Virus record (IMG/VR): IMGVR_UViG_3300037882_003354
Coordinates: 186,001 to 250,000 of that record
DNA length: 64,000 bases
Direction: 5' to 3' (one strand)
How positions within the stretch are numbered: position 1 is the first letter of the stretch; every line of letters begins with the position of its first letter. The notes under the pieces were generated by a model. That model had not been told where the DNA came from and searched no databases. It saw only the letters and a program-made list of their open reading frames with translations. Shown here in pieces: positions 34,414 to 46,600 of this stretch. The translations under genes and the position numbers were made by a program.

Positions 34414-36648
34414 ATGCCATTTGAAAAACGCACACGAAGTAAATTACCCAGCTCAGGTCCTTTCCTTGCCGAAGTCACCAATCACCTGGATCCCACCTAC
34501 ATGGGAGGATTAGAGGTTGCCCTGGTACGTGGCGTGCCCAATGACGTGGAATTGCAATCCAACACCTTCCATGTGCGATATTTGAACCCTTTTTATGGTG
34601 TGACGTCAGTGAGGTTTGAAGGTAACAACAGCGGCGAGTTTAATGACGTACAAAAAAGTTACGGCATGTGGATGATACCACCTGATGTGGGCAGCACCGT
34701 GATGGTGATTTTTATCAACGGAGACACCAATCAAGGATTTTGGATAGGGTGCATCCAGGACAAATATCAAAACCACATGGTACCGGGCATTGCTGCAAGC
34801 ATGGAGACTGCGCTGACAGAAGAACAGCGTAAGAAATATGGAACCACGTACCTGCCAGTAGCAGAGTTCAACAAGAAAACACACCTGCCCAACAATCCCA
34901 ACATAGAAAAAATACCCAAACCAGTGCATCCGTTTGCTGACAGGCTGCTGGCGCAGGGACTATTGCTGGACACCATCCGTGGAGTGACGTCTAGTTCTGC
35001 CAGGCGTGAAGTGCCCAGTGGTGTATTTGGAATCAGTACCCCGGGCCCATTGGACACCCGCCCGGGTGCCAAACGCGGAAAAGTTGGATATGCTGGAAAT
35101 TTGCAAGCTCCCGTGAGTCGTCTGGGTGGCAGCACGTTTGTCATGGATGACGGAGACGTTAACGGACAAAATGAGCTGGTGCGCATACGTACCAGGACAG
35201 GGCATCAGATTTTGTTACACAACAGCCAAGATTTAATCTACATAGCCAACAGCAAGGGCACAGCCTGGATCGAGTTGACCTCCAACGGCAAGATCGACAT
35301 GTATGCAGCAGATTCTGTCAGCATACACACTGAAAAAGATTTTAACTTCCGTGCCGACCGAGACATTAATCTGGAAGCTGGCCGCAACATCAACATGTCG
35401 GCTGACAAGAACATGGAAACCAACATCACTGGATTCTACAACCTAATCATTGATGATTATGCCAAAATAGCCATCAAGAATAACAAAGACGAAACCATCG
35501 GCGGTAGTCATAAATTGACCACAGTATTGGATCAAGACATCTTGGTTGGTCAACAACTGACCATTAATTCGGCAGGTGGTATCGACATCGCAGCATCAGC
35601 AGATGTCAAACAGGCGGCTGGTGCCAGCTTCAGTGTATCTGCGTCTGGCCAATATCGTGAATCGGCTGCGCAAATTCACATGAACGGTCCTGTCGCGGCC
35701 ACGCCGGGCACGGCTGATGCGGCGGAGGTTCCGCCCAGATTGCCTAGATTCAGCCTGCCGGGCAGGTCTTCCAGTGCAGGATGGGCCAACGGTAATTTTT
35801 ACAAAAGCAGCAGCATACGCAGTATCATGCAACGAGTGCCCACACACGAGCCCTGGGATCAGCATGAAAATATCAATCCGGAAAAATTCAGTCCAGATGC
35901 CACTGACGTCACCCGTGTTGACAGAAGTGATTCTGGATTGCCACCCACCAATTTGAGCAGCCAGACATCGGCCAATCAGCCAGACAATGTTCCAGGCACC
36001 TGCGATCCGGAAAATGCCAAGGAAATTGGGGCACCAGCGGCTCAACAAGGCATCAGTGCCCTCAAGGCTGCCTGTACCAAGTTGGGACTCACCTCGCCAT
36101 ATGCTGTTGCATCGTTATTGGGCATAGCCGGTGGCGAATGTCGTTGGAAATTGGTCGAGGAAAACTTTAATTACAAAGCAGACCGACTGCTGGCGGTCTT
36201 CCCCAGTGTGTTCAAGGGTGATGTGGCACTGGCACAGCAATATGCTGGTAATCCCAATAACACGTTACCTGAACTGTTGTACGGATACCAAACCACCAAG
36301 GGCAAGGGATTGGGCAACACACAACCTGGCGATGGCGCCAAGTTCATAGGTCGCGGATATTTACAATTGACCGGTCGCTACAACTATAACAAATATTCAA
36401 AACTCATGTTCAGTAAAGGTTTAGTTTCTTCTGAGACCGCGTTGGTAGACGATCCAGCATTATTAAACACGCCGGAGATTGCTGCACAGGTCAGTGTGTT
36501 GTACCTACTGGATCGTTGCAAAGCAGATCAAACAGATCCGGGGTATGTAGAAAAAGCAATTGAGTCGGTGGGCAAGTGCACACCTGACATATACGCCAAG
36601 AAGAAGGGATTTTATTCTTGTTTCTTGGCCCAATTGCAGTCGGCATGA
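34414..36648 (+). CDS. gp5: Baseplate central spike gp5/VgrG-like with a C-terminal GH19-type lysozyme
   Basis: OB-fold DPTYMGGLEV...PPDVGSTVMVIF...GFWIG, RTRTGHQI and beta-helix repeats. C-terminal GNTQPGDGAKFIGRGYLQLTGRYNY. Confidence 0.85.
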   Translation: MPFEKRTRSKLPSSGPFLAEVTNHLDPTYMGGLEVALVRGVPNDVELQSNTFHVRYLNPFYGVTSVRFEGNNSGEFNDVQKSYGMWMIPPDVGSTVMVIFINGDTNQGFWIGCIQDKYQNHMVPGIAASMETALTEEQRKKYGTTYLPVAEFNKKTHLPNNPNIEKIPKPVHPFADRLLAQGLLLDTIRGVTSSSARREVPSGVFGISTPGPLDTRPGAKRGKVGYAGNLQAPVSRLGGSTFVMDDGDVNGQNELVRIRTRTGHQILLHNSQDLIYIANSKGTAWIELTSNGKIDMYAADSVSIHTEKDFNFRADRDINLEAGRNINMSADKNMETNITGFYNLIIDDYAKIAIKNNKDETIGGSHKLTTVLDQDILVGQQLTINSAGGIDIAASADVKQAAGASFSVSASGQYRESAAQIHMNGPVAATPGTADAAEVPPRLPRFSLPGRSSSAGWANGNFYKSSSIRSIMQRVPTHEPWDQHENINPEKFSPDATDVTRVDRSDSGLPPTNLSSQTSANQPDNVPGTCDPENAKEIGAPAAQQGISALKAACTKLGLTSPYAVASLLGIAGGECRWKLVEENFNYKADRLLAVFPSVFKGDVALAQQYAGNPNNTLPELLYGYQTTKGKGLGNTQPGDGAKFIGRGYLQLTGRYNYNKYSKLMFSKGLVSSETALVDDPALLNTPEIAAQVSVLYLLDRCKADQTDPGYVEKAIESVGKCTPDIYAKKKGFYSCFLAQLQSA

Positions 36649-36676
36649 TGCCATTGGACCGCAAATTTTACAACAA

Positions 36677-36682
36677 TAAATA
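36677..36682 (+). promoter_or_regulatory. Putative late promoter TAAATA
   Basis: AATAAATAGATCATG, 4 nt before the gp25 ATG. Confidence 0.6.
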
Positions 36683-36686
36683 GATC

Positions 36687-37124
36687 ATGCCATACAAAAA
36701 TTTTGAAATCACCGGTCCGGGTTCTGTTGAACAACGTGCGCAAAAGCAAAATCAATTCTATAAAGGATTTAGTTCTGCAGGCACAAAGAAATCCGGCACC
36801 AAATTATACGACTTTGATCTGGTCAAACAGGACATAATAAATCAATTCAACACTCGGCGCGGTGAGCGAGTGATGAATCCCAACTTCGGCAGTATCATCT
36901 GGGACCTGATGATGGAACCACTGACTGACGATGTCAGGGATGCATTGTCCAACGACATCACTACCATTTGTAATTCAGATCCCAGGGTCACCCCAACTCA
37001 GATCAAGCTCACTGAATATGACATGGGATATGTGTTGGAATTAACGCTGTTGCTCAACGGCACTGATCAAAGCAGCAATCTGCGACTGACATTCGACCAA
37101 AAAATTGGTCTTGGTGTACAATAA
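36687..37124 (+). CDS. gp25: Baseplate wedge protein gp25
   Basis: TRRGERVMNPNFGSIIWDLMMEP...DPRV. Confidence 0.9.
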   Translation: MPYKNFEITGPGSVEQRAQKQNQFYKGFSSAGTKKSGTKLYDFDLVKQDIINQFNTRRGERVMNPNFGSIIWDLMMEPLTDDVRDALSNDITTICNSDPRVTPTQIKLTEYDMGYVLELTLLLNGTDQSSNLRLTFDQKIGLGVQ

Positions 37125-37146
37125 TATACCCAGATTATTGATGTAA

Positions 37147-37152
37147 TAAATA
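37147..37152 (+). promoter_or_regulatory. Putative late promoter TAAATA
   Basis: AATAAATATAG in the gap before gp6. Confidence 0.55.
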
Positions 37153-37172
37153 TAGTATCAACTAAAATCCCT

Positions 37173-40100
37173 ATGATTCCATCAACTAATACAAAACTTC
37201 TAGTGGCTGAAGACTGGAAAAAGATTTACCAATCTTTCCGCAATGCAGACTTTCAGAGTTATGACTTTGAAACACTGCGCCGCACCATGATTTCATATCT
37301 TGAGGAAAATTATCCTGAAGATTTTAACGATTATATCGACAGCAGCGAATATATTGCCCTTATAGACGTCATTGCATATCTGGGACAAAACCTTAGTTTC
37401 CGTATTGATTTAAACGCTCGTGAAAACTTTCTAGAAACCGCTCAACGCAGGGACAGCATCTTGCGCTTGGCGCAATTGATCAGCTATGCACCTTCTAGAA
37501 ACACACCAGCGTCGGGATTTTTAAAAGTCACAGCAATATCCACCACAGACAACGTCATTGATTCCAATGGCATCAACTTGGCCAACACCACCATCAGTTG
37601 GAACGATCCAACCAACATCAGCTGGTATCAACAATTTATTGGAATATTAAACTCTGCCATGAGTGGTAGTTTTGTATTTGGCAAGCCTTATGACAGAAAT
37701 ACCATTGATGGTGTGCTCACTGAACAATATAGAATTGCCAGTGCAAACACCGATGTTTCCATCTATAGTTTTTTGTCCAACATTGGTGGCACGTCCATGA
37801 ATTTTGAAATCGTGCCAGCCACGTTCTCGGGACAAAGCTACATTTATGAAGAAGCGCCCAGGCCAGCCAATACATTTAGTTTTATATATCAGAATGACAA
37901 TCAAGGATCAGGCAGTGCAAATACTGGATTCTTCACACACTTCCGTCAGGGATCGTTGAGTACATCTCAATTTAGCATACCTGCTCCAGTGCCCAATCAA
38001 ATCATTGGAGTCAATACACCCAACATTAACAAGACAGATGTCTGGTTATGGCAGTTGGATGCAACAGGTGTATACGACAATGTATGGACCAAGGTTCCTG
38101 ACATTGTGGGCAACAACATCATCTACAATAGTTTAGACAAGAATATTAGAAATATATACAGCGTTTCCTCACGCGATCAAGACCAGATTGATTTAAACTT
38201 TGCAGATGGTAGTTTTGGCAACCTGCCCAAGGGAAATTTCAGGTTATTCTACCGCCAGAGTAATGGATTGACCTATTCCATCAAACCAGAGCAGATGAGC
38301 GGGGTAGTGGTTGATGTATCGTACTTTAATAAATCAGGACAACGACAGGTATTGACCATGACCATGGGTCTGCAATACACAGTGAACAACAGCTCGGGTC
38401 CTGAGACCAACGCCAGCATACAGAATAAAGCACCGCAGGCCTACTACACTCAAAATCGCATGGTCACAGCGGAAGACTACAATATTGCACCATTGACTGT
38501 GGGAAATGACGTACTCAAGGTCAAAAGTGTCAATCGTGTGTCAAGTGGGCTCAGCAAATATTTTGATCTGAGCGACATCAGCGGAAAATATAGTAAAACA
38601 AACATCTTTGCCAATGACGGAATTTTATACAAAAAGGCTTACGAGCAAAATTTTGAATTTTCGTCTACCAATAGAAACGAAATTTTTTCAGTAATAAAAC
38701 AACAATTGGCTCCGGTAATAGCATCCGCGGCCATGCGGTCGTTTTACTTTGACTTGTACCCACGCCCAACCTTGGACTATGCCACACCTGATACATTTTA
38801 TTGGAAACAAGTTAATAAAACTTCAGGACAGAGTCGCGGATATTTTTATCAAGGCACCGGCGGCGTAGAGATTCCACAAAATGTGGGGGTGTTTTCCACT
38901 AGTAATTTGCGGCATGTGGAACCTGGGGCCCTGATAAAATTTAAACCACCTGCCGGAAAATATTTTTTACCCAATGGATCCGTGGTGTCTAAAATCAGTG
39001 GAAAAACATTAAATTATCTATGGGTTAAAGTCGTGCAGGTCATCGGCGATGGATCTAATTCTGGACAGGGCGCCCTGGATGATGGCACAGGTCCCATCAT
39101 ATTCAGCAATGCCATTGACAGTTCCTCTAGCCCAGTGGAAATTATCCCCAAATTCATCAGCACATTTTCATATACATTTGAATCTGCACTGGTAAATCTA
39201 TGCCTCAACCAACGTAATTTTGGATTGTCGTTTGACAAATTGTACCGAAAGTGGAATATTATTTCTGATTCCAACCTGGATTTATACAGGCCATTCAGCC
39301 TGGATCTTCAAAACGACACTGACAACGCCAGCAGAGATGCCAGTTGGCTGGTGTCGTTCACTTGGACTGGGAAAAGTTACAATGTGAGATATCGTAGTAT
39401 TGATTACATCTTTGAGAGTGCTGCGGAAACTGCATTTTTTGTAGATCCCAACTCCATCAATTACGACTTTGTCAACGACACAGTGATCAAGGATCGAATT
39501 GATGTATTATCAATCAACACGGCAGTACAACCTCTGCTGGCTGCCAGCACAGCCACCGTCGGCAGCGTGGGTAAAGATTATCAATGGCAGATTGACAATG
39601 CCATTGTAGAGGCTGACGGATACACTGAGCCCAAGAAGGTCAAGGTTAGTTTTTATGATTACAATAATGCTGGGCAGATAAGTGATCCGGATGCGTTCGT
39701 CAACATAGTGGAACCTTTGACCACCAGTACAGTCACTGGATTTTTAGATAAATTTGTTTATTTTCAAAAGGCAGCAGGGACCACTGGATATTCATTAGTT
39801 GATGGTGAACAGTTTTCAGCATACCCCACGCCGGATGATGTGCCCAGGGCTGTGTTGGAACTTGCGCAGTCTGGTGATCTTTATTATTTTTATGACCCTG
39901 CTTATAATGTCATCAACAGTTACTCCACTGGCGTCACCACCTGGATTTATGAGGACAGCTATATTGCCTATCCAGGACGCGACACATTAAAATTTCATTA
40001 TGTGCACAACAGCGGTGAAGACAAACGCATTGACCCCAGCAAGAGCAACATAATAGATGTCTACTTGTTGACGGCCACCTACGATACCAATTACAGAAAC

Positions 40101-40619
40101 TGGCTGCTGACTGGATCGGGATTGGAGCCAGCATCTCCCACTAGCCAGGGTCTAGAACAAAATTACTCAGCCTTGCTAGAACCAATAAAAACCATCAGTG
40201 ATGAAATGGTTTTCCAACCCGTAAAATACAAAGTGTTATTTGGCAGCCAGGCTGCACCCAGTTTACAAGCCACATTTAAAGCCGTGAGAAATTCCAGCAG
40301 ACCAGTCAGTGATAACGATCTCAAGACTCGTATACTTGATGCCATACAAAACTTTTTCACGCTGGATAATTGGGACTTTGGTCAAAGTTTTTACTTTAGT
40401 GAATTATCCACCTATGTGATGAATTTATTAACACCTGACATCACTAATTTTATCATAGTGCCCAAGACATCCAGCAACTTTGGTAGTTTGTATGAGATTG
40501 CATGTTTAAGCAACGAAATTTTTATTAATGGTGCAACGGTGTCGGATATCGAAATTATTGATGCCATCACTGCGTCACAATTGAAGACGTCATCCATCGT
40601 AACCAGTAGCGGAAGTTAA
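37173..40619 (+). CDS. gp6: Baseplate wedge protein gp6-like (1148 aa)
   Basis: DFETLRRTMISYL, ARENFLETAQRRDSILRLAQLISY, FADGSFGNLP and APQAYYTQNRMVTAEDY. Confidence 0.9.
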   Translation: MIPSTNTKLLVAEDWKKIYQSFRNADFQSYDFETLRRTMISYLEENYPEDFNDYIDSSEYIALIDVIAYLGQNLSFRIDLNARENFLETAQRRDSILRLAQLISYAPSRNTPASGFLKVTAISTTDNVIDSNGINLANTTISWNDPTNISWYQQFIGILNSAMSGSFVFGKPYDRNTIDGVLTEQYRIASANTDVSIYSFLSNIGGTSMNFEIVPATFSGQSYIYEEAPRPANTFSFIYQNDNQGSGSANTGFFTHFRQGSLSTSQFSIPAPVPNQIIGVNTPNINKTDVWLWQLDATGVYDNVWTKVPDIVGNNIIYNSLDKNIRNIYSVSSRDQDQIDLNFADGSFGNLPKGNFRLFYRQSNGLTYSIKPEQMSGVVVDVSYFNKSGQRQVLTMTMGLQYTVNNSSGPETNASIQNKAPQAYYTQNRMVTAEDYNIAPLTVGNDVLKVKSVNRVSSGLSKYFDLSDISGKYSKTNIFANDGILYKKAYEQNFEFSSTNRNEIFSVIKQQLAPVIASAAMRSFYFDLYPRPTLDYATPDTFYWKQVNKTSGQSRGYFYQGTGGVEIPQNVGVFSTSNLRHVEPGALIKFKPPAGKYFLPNGSVVSKISGKTLNYLWVKVVQVIGDGSNSGQGALDDGTGPIIFSNAIDSSSSPVEIIPKFISTFSYTFESALVNLCLNQRNFGLSFDKLYRKWNIISDSNLDLYRPFSLDLQNDTDNASRDASWLVSFTWTGKSYNVRYRSIDYIFESAAETAFFVDPNSINYDFVNDTVIKDRIDVLSINTAVQPLLAASTATVGSVGKDYQWQIDNAIVEADGYTEPKKVKVSFYDYNNAGQISDPDAFVNIVEPLTTSTVTGFLDKFVYFQKAAGTTGYSLVDGEQFSAYPTPDDVPRAVLELAQSGDLYYFYDPAYNVINSYSTGVTTWIYEDSYIAYPGRDTLKFHYVHNSGEDKRIDPSKSNIIDVYLLTATYDTNYRNWLLTGSGLEPASPTSQGLEQNYSALLEPIKTISDEMVFQPVKYKVLFGSQAAPSLQATFKAVRNSSRPVSDNDLKTRILDAIQNFFTLDNWDFGQSFYFSELSTYVMNLLTPDITNFIIVPKTSSNFGSLYEIACLSNEIFINGATVSDIEIIDAITASQLKTSSIVTSSGS

Positions 40620-40620
40620 T

Positions 40621-43600
40621 ATGGCAACTAAGATCATTAAGTCAATCAATCTACTACCGGAATTTTTACGTTCGGAAAAAAATTCAAAATTTTTATCCAG
40701 CACAATTGATCAGCTGATTCAACCACCACAGCTGGAGCGTATAGACGGGTACATTGGATCAAAACTGACCCCCACTTATAATTCAACGTCTGATGTATAC
40801 ATACCTGAGTCGCTGCCACTGCGCCGGGACTATCAATTGGATCCTGCTCTGGTCATTAACGACGCTGCGGAAACGCCACGCGATGTCATTGCACTTGATG
40901 ACCTAATCAATGAAATAAAAACCAAAGGTGGGATAAACAACAATCTGGACCGAATGTTTCGTTCGGAGTTTTACTCCTACGACCCACACATCGATTGGGA
41001 TAAACTGATAAATTATGCGCAATACTACTGGTTGCCGGTCGGGCCAGACATAATTACAATCACCGGTCAGCAGAGTAATTCCACCAGCACCTATGTGGTT
41101 CGCGACAACCCGCAAGATTCGGCATTTATTTTCAACCCCAATGGGTTGATTGAGGATCCGTTGATCACCCTGTACAACGGCAGTACCTATCGCTTTGAAA
41201 TATCTTCCAAGCACAAGTTTTATATCAAGACAGCACCGTCTGAGGGATCCGACGATTTATATAATTTTGGTGTAACCAATAATGGCACCTCGAGTGGCAT
41301 CATTACACTTGTGGTAAATCAATACACACCCATGACGCTGTATTATGTGGCCGGGGATCAAAAATTTGCAGCTGGTGAGTTTGTAATCAAGGACATCACC
41401 CAAGATTCCGCTGTGGATGTTGATGCTGAAATTGTGGGTAAGAAGAATTATATATCAGGTACCGGCATCGCTCTAACCAATGGCATGAAGATTAAATTTG
41501 GTGGCGACGTTTCTCCAGTATATTATCAAAATAAAGAATTCTTTGTTGAAGGTGTGGGACGAGCCATTACATTGATCGATTATACAACATTGAATACTCC
41601 TGATCGAATTGCCTCGATCTTTGATGAAGACTTTGACGCAAATCCATTTGATGAATACCCCTTTGACAATTTTAAAAACCTACCATTAGCGCCTGAATAC
41701 ATGACTGTCAATCGTGGCAGTCGAGACCTAAACCCCTGGACACGATATAATCGTTGGGTGCATCGTGATGTCATAGAGCTTTCTGCCAAGTTCAATGGAC
41801 GCGAGCCAGTTTTCCCTCAAAAGCTGAGAGCCAAGCGGCCTATTATTGAATTTAAAGCCAATCTGGCGTTGTACAACTTTGGAACCCAGGCCATTGGCAG
41901 TGTCGACCTCATTGATACAGAGACCAAGGATGCATTCAGCACTGTGTCAGGATCTGCTGGCTATCATGTTGACGGGGTGTTGTTGCAACAAGGCCACCGA
42001 GTGATATTCAACGCAGATTCGGATGCTGATGTGCGCGGCAGGGTTTATCAGGTCAATTATGCAACTTATAATAAAAAACTGACTCTTGAACTCAAAATAG
42101 TCAGTGACACCGTGCCGGCTGCATTTTCGTCCACTGTGATTAATACTGGTGACACCTATGCCGGTACCAATTGGTGGTATGACGGGTCTGTTTGGAGATA
42201 CGCACAGCAGCACACCAGTCTGAATCAGCCACCTCTGTTTGATTTATTTGACAATCAGGGTTACAGTTATAGCGATCCTGATGAGTATTTGACAAATTTT
42301 TCCGGAAACAAGATTTTTTCTTACGAGGTCGGCACTGGTGCAACTGATGCAGTGTTGGGCATTCCGTTAAAATATCGCAATAGCGTGGGTGTTGGCAGTT
42401 ATCTGTTCAAGAATTATTTCATGACAGAATCCATTTCAATTACGGAAAATCAGACAGACTACACCATTCCCACGTCAATGGCCTACTGTAAGTTTGCGAA
42501 TGCAGCCGGAGATGTCTATAAAAATGTGTGGGCACCAGCAGAAGAATATCAGATCCCCATACTTCAATTTCAGGCCCTTGAGTCGTCCACAGCAAGTGTG
42601 GCCGTGACATGCATAGATGCGCCCAGCACCACTAACATGACAGTTGATGTATACGTGGATGACAACAAGTTACCGACGTCCCAATATACCACGTCAGTTG
42701 TTGCTGGCACTTATTTGGTTAATTTTACTACACTGATACCCACGGGCAGTCGAGTTTTATTCAAAATATACTCTGACAAGATTCCTAACGATCGCGGATA
42801 TTACGAAACACCCATAAGCCTTACCAACAACCCGTTGAACGGTGTGATTGAATCAATGACACTGTCAGACCTCGGCGATCATTTGCACACCATGGTGAAC
42901 AGAACTCCGTCGTTCTCTGGCCAAGTGCTGGGCAGCAATAACCTGCGGGATTTGTCTGACATAGAAAAATATGGATATAGACTGGTGTCCAACGCCAACC
43001 CCATGCCGTTTGCTCAAATGTTCATTGGAAAAAAAGAGCATAGCGCCGTTGATGCAATTGTCAAAGCAGGAGATCAGTATAATCAATTTAAGATGATACT
43101 ACTCAAGCAAATTTCATTGTTGAGTGAGCAAGTTAATCCTGTTGATGCACTTGACATTGCAATGAAGGAAATCAACAAAGATAAAGATTTACGCACTCCC
43201 TATTATTTGTCTGACATGATAGCATATGGCTCGGACAAGACTGTCAGGACTTGGAGAGTGGCCAACAGCCGCATCAAGCAATATTCCCTGTCGTCCTCCT
43301 TTGATCCATCTGTGTTGGGCATGCGTTCAGTGCTGGTCTATCTCAATGGTGAGCAATTGTTGTTGAATCAAGATTACTCGTTTGACACAGTTGACTCCTT
43401 GGTCACCCTGCTGGTTGATCTTAAAGTTGGCGATCAACTCACAGTCAATGATTATTATAGCACTATTGGTTGCTATGTTCCTCCGACCCCTACTAAATTG
43501 GGACTGTATCCAAAATATAGTCCTTCGAAGTTTTTAGATAATACCTATGCCAAGGAGCCCATCAACGTCATTCAAGGGCATGATGGCAGCATCATGGTGG

Positions 43601-46600
43601 CATATAATGATTTTAGGGACGACATATTAATAGAATTTGAAAAACGTGTTTATAACAACATTAAGGCTGAGTATAGGAGAGAGTTATTTGATATCAACAC
43701 GGTCATGCCTGGATCTTTTAGGCCCACTGCATACACTCTTTCAGAAATAACTCATGTTTTACAGTCAGATTTCATCAAGTGGGTGGGATTCTACGGAATA
43801 GACTACACGACCAATGCAGTTGACCTCGACAATCCGTTCACCTGGAATTATTCTGGTGCGTACTGTGCGGCCCTGGCGCAGCCAGTGTCTGGATACTGGC
43901 GAGCAGTGTATAAGAAATTTTATGATACTGACCGTCCCCACACCAATCCCTGGGAAATGCTGGGATTTTCAGAGCAGCCCGACTGGTGGGAAACCTGGTA
44001 TGGACCAGCGCCATATACCTCGGGAAATAAAATACTATGGAACGACATTGAGTCAGGCACAATACGCCAAGGGGTAAATTCTGGGACTAACTTGACCTAC
44101 GCTCGTGCAGGCTTGAGTTTGATAATTCCTGTGGACCAATATGGCAACCTGTTGTCTCCTGATGTTCTTTTGGGTGGCGCTGGTGGAAATCGAGATAAAA
44201 TTGCCAACGTCACACCCTACAATCTAAGACAATCCTGGAAGTTTGGCGACCAATCTCCCGCTGAGACCGCCTGGAGGCGCAGCAGTTATTGGCCATTTGC
44301 AGTGCAACGGCTACTGGCTCTTTTGAACCCTGCTGTGTACGCGTCGCTAATGTACGACGTCAGTCGAATGACCAAGAATATCGCGGGACAGTGGACCTAT
44401 GGCAACCAGCAAGAGTTTTTAAAAATTAATAAAGTCATTGTATCTGACGACTCCGCCAGATTGTCGGCCGGTTATGGCGAGTATGTGAGAGAAATTGGCA
44501 AGCAACGTAGCAGTAACTATGTTCAAGAACTCATGCAAGATCTTGAATATGCCAATCTCAATCTATTTTATAAAGTGGGTGGATTTGTCAGTAAAGATAA
44601 AATAAGATTGGTGATAGATTCAGTTGACCCCAACAGCCCCAGTCCCGGCGCACTGTTGCCGCCTGAGGACTACAAACTAATCTTGAACGTCAGCAACCCC
44701 ATTCAATCCATAGGAATTTCTGGAGTAATTGTACAAAAGATAGACGGGAAATTTTTAGTCAAGGGATACGATCGATATAAACCCTATTTCAGTGTTTACG
44801 TCCCCACTCGAAATTCAAATACCCCAACCATCACAGTGGGCGGAGTCAGTGAGTCGTATGTGTCCTGGGATAATACATCCAATGATGGTGGCAACGGGTT
44901 ATCGGCCACCGACACCACCAGCGCCACTGCTGCAGCCACTGGTCACTTTTATCAAAAGGGCCAGATAGTTCTATACGGTGCAAATTTTTACCGAGTCACA
45001 GTCAGCCATCAAGCAGAATCCGCATTCAACCCGGCTTATTATCAAAGATTGGCCACTGTGCCCACCAGGGGGGGCGCAACTGTGCAAATGGCTGCGTCAT
45101 TCAGCAGCACTGTCAATGAAATACCCTACGGTACTGAATTCGACACCATACAGCAGGTGTATGATCTGTTGGTTGGATATGGGGCCTGGTTAACGGACCA
45201 GGGATTTGTATTTGATGAATACAGCACTGATTTTAATTCAACAATTGACTGGAATTTCTCTGCCAAGGAATTTTTGTATTGGTCCACACAAAATTGGGCC
45301 AACAACAGCGTTATAACACTGAGTCCGTTTTCCAATAGAATCAAATACAGTTTGCCCAACAGTGTGGTTGATGATGTTTTTAGTAGTTTTTATGAGTACA
45401 GCATACTACAAGCCAATGGAGTATCGCTGCCCAAGCAGAATATTGATGTAGATAGAAATGACGGCGTGTGTACTATTTCTACAAACGACGCCAACAGCGG
45501 CATGTATTTTGCAGTGATTAATTCAGTGCAAAAAGAACATGCCATGGTGTTCAACAACGCAACCATGTTTAATGACACGGTGTATAGTATTGAAACTGGA
45601 TATCGACAAAAACGCATGTTGATGTCTGGATTCAGGACAGCCAATTGGGACGGCGATTACTTCAGTCCCGGATTTGTGTATGATACGGCCACCATCAGCA
45701 CCTGGGAACCCTATACTGGATACCAGCCTGGATCGGTGGTACGCTATAAAAATGGAAATTACTATTCAGCAATTGGAAAACTAACCGGTTCCAAGACTTT
45801 TGATTTTACCAATTGGGTTTTACTTGGATCCAAGCCCATCGCTGGTCTACTGCCCAATTTTGATTATAAGATCAATCAGTTTGAAGATTTTTACAGCCTG
45901 GACACTGATAATTTTGATAGTGCACAGCAAAAAATGGCTCAGCATCTGATTGGATTCACACCCCGCAATTATCTTACAAATGTATTCACTGATCCCATCG
46001 CGCAATACAAGTTTTATCAGGGATTCATTAAAGAAAAAGGCACCCGTAATGCGGTGAGCAAATTGTCCAAGGCCAGTGTTCGTAACCTGCAGGGTGAAAT
46101 GACCTACACTGAGGAATGGGCATTTAGAATAGGTCAATACGGGTCCTATCAAACTTATCAAGAATTGGAAGTTCCGCTAACTGAGGGAAAATTTATAGAA
46201 AATCCCCAAGTGGTTAGTTTTGTGGATAACATACCGTCAGTAGCCAACGATTTAATTTATTACAGCACTGCCACTGACAGGATCATAGCACCAAATGACT
46301 ATGTTCCTGCCAGGTCGTTTGCACTGAATCCCGGCAGCTATCAGGACAATGACTTCCAATTGACCACTGCGGGATATGCTCGCACTGACGACGTGTTTGC
46401 CACTGCGTATAATGAAAACAGCCTGCTTGACATTGCCAATAGCAGGGCACTTGACGACGGTGATGTAATTTGGTTGGGATTTAAAAAAAATGGCGACTGG
46501 GATGTATTGCGATATACAAAATCCAAGTCCAGAGTCCTGGAAGTATCTGCCAGCCTACCAGGTAGTGAATTGACAGTAACCACCGACCTGTACCACGGAT

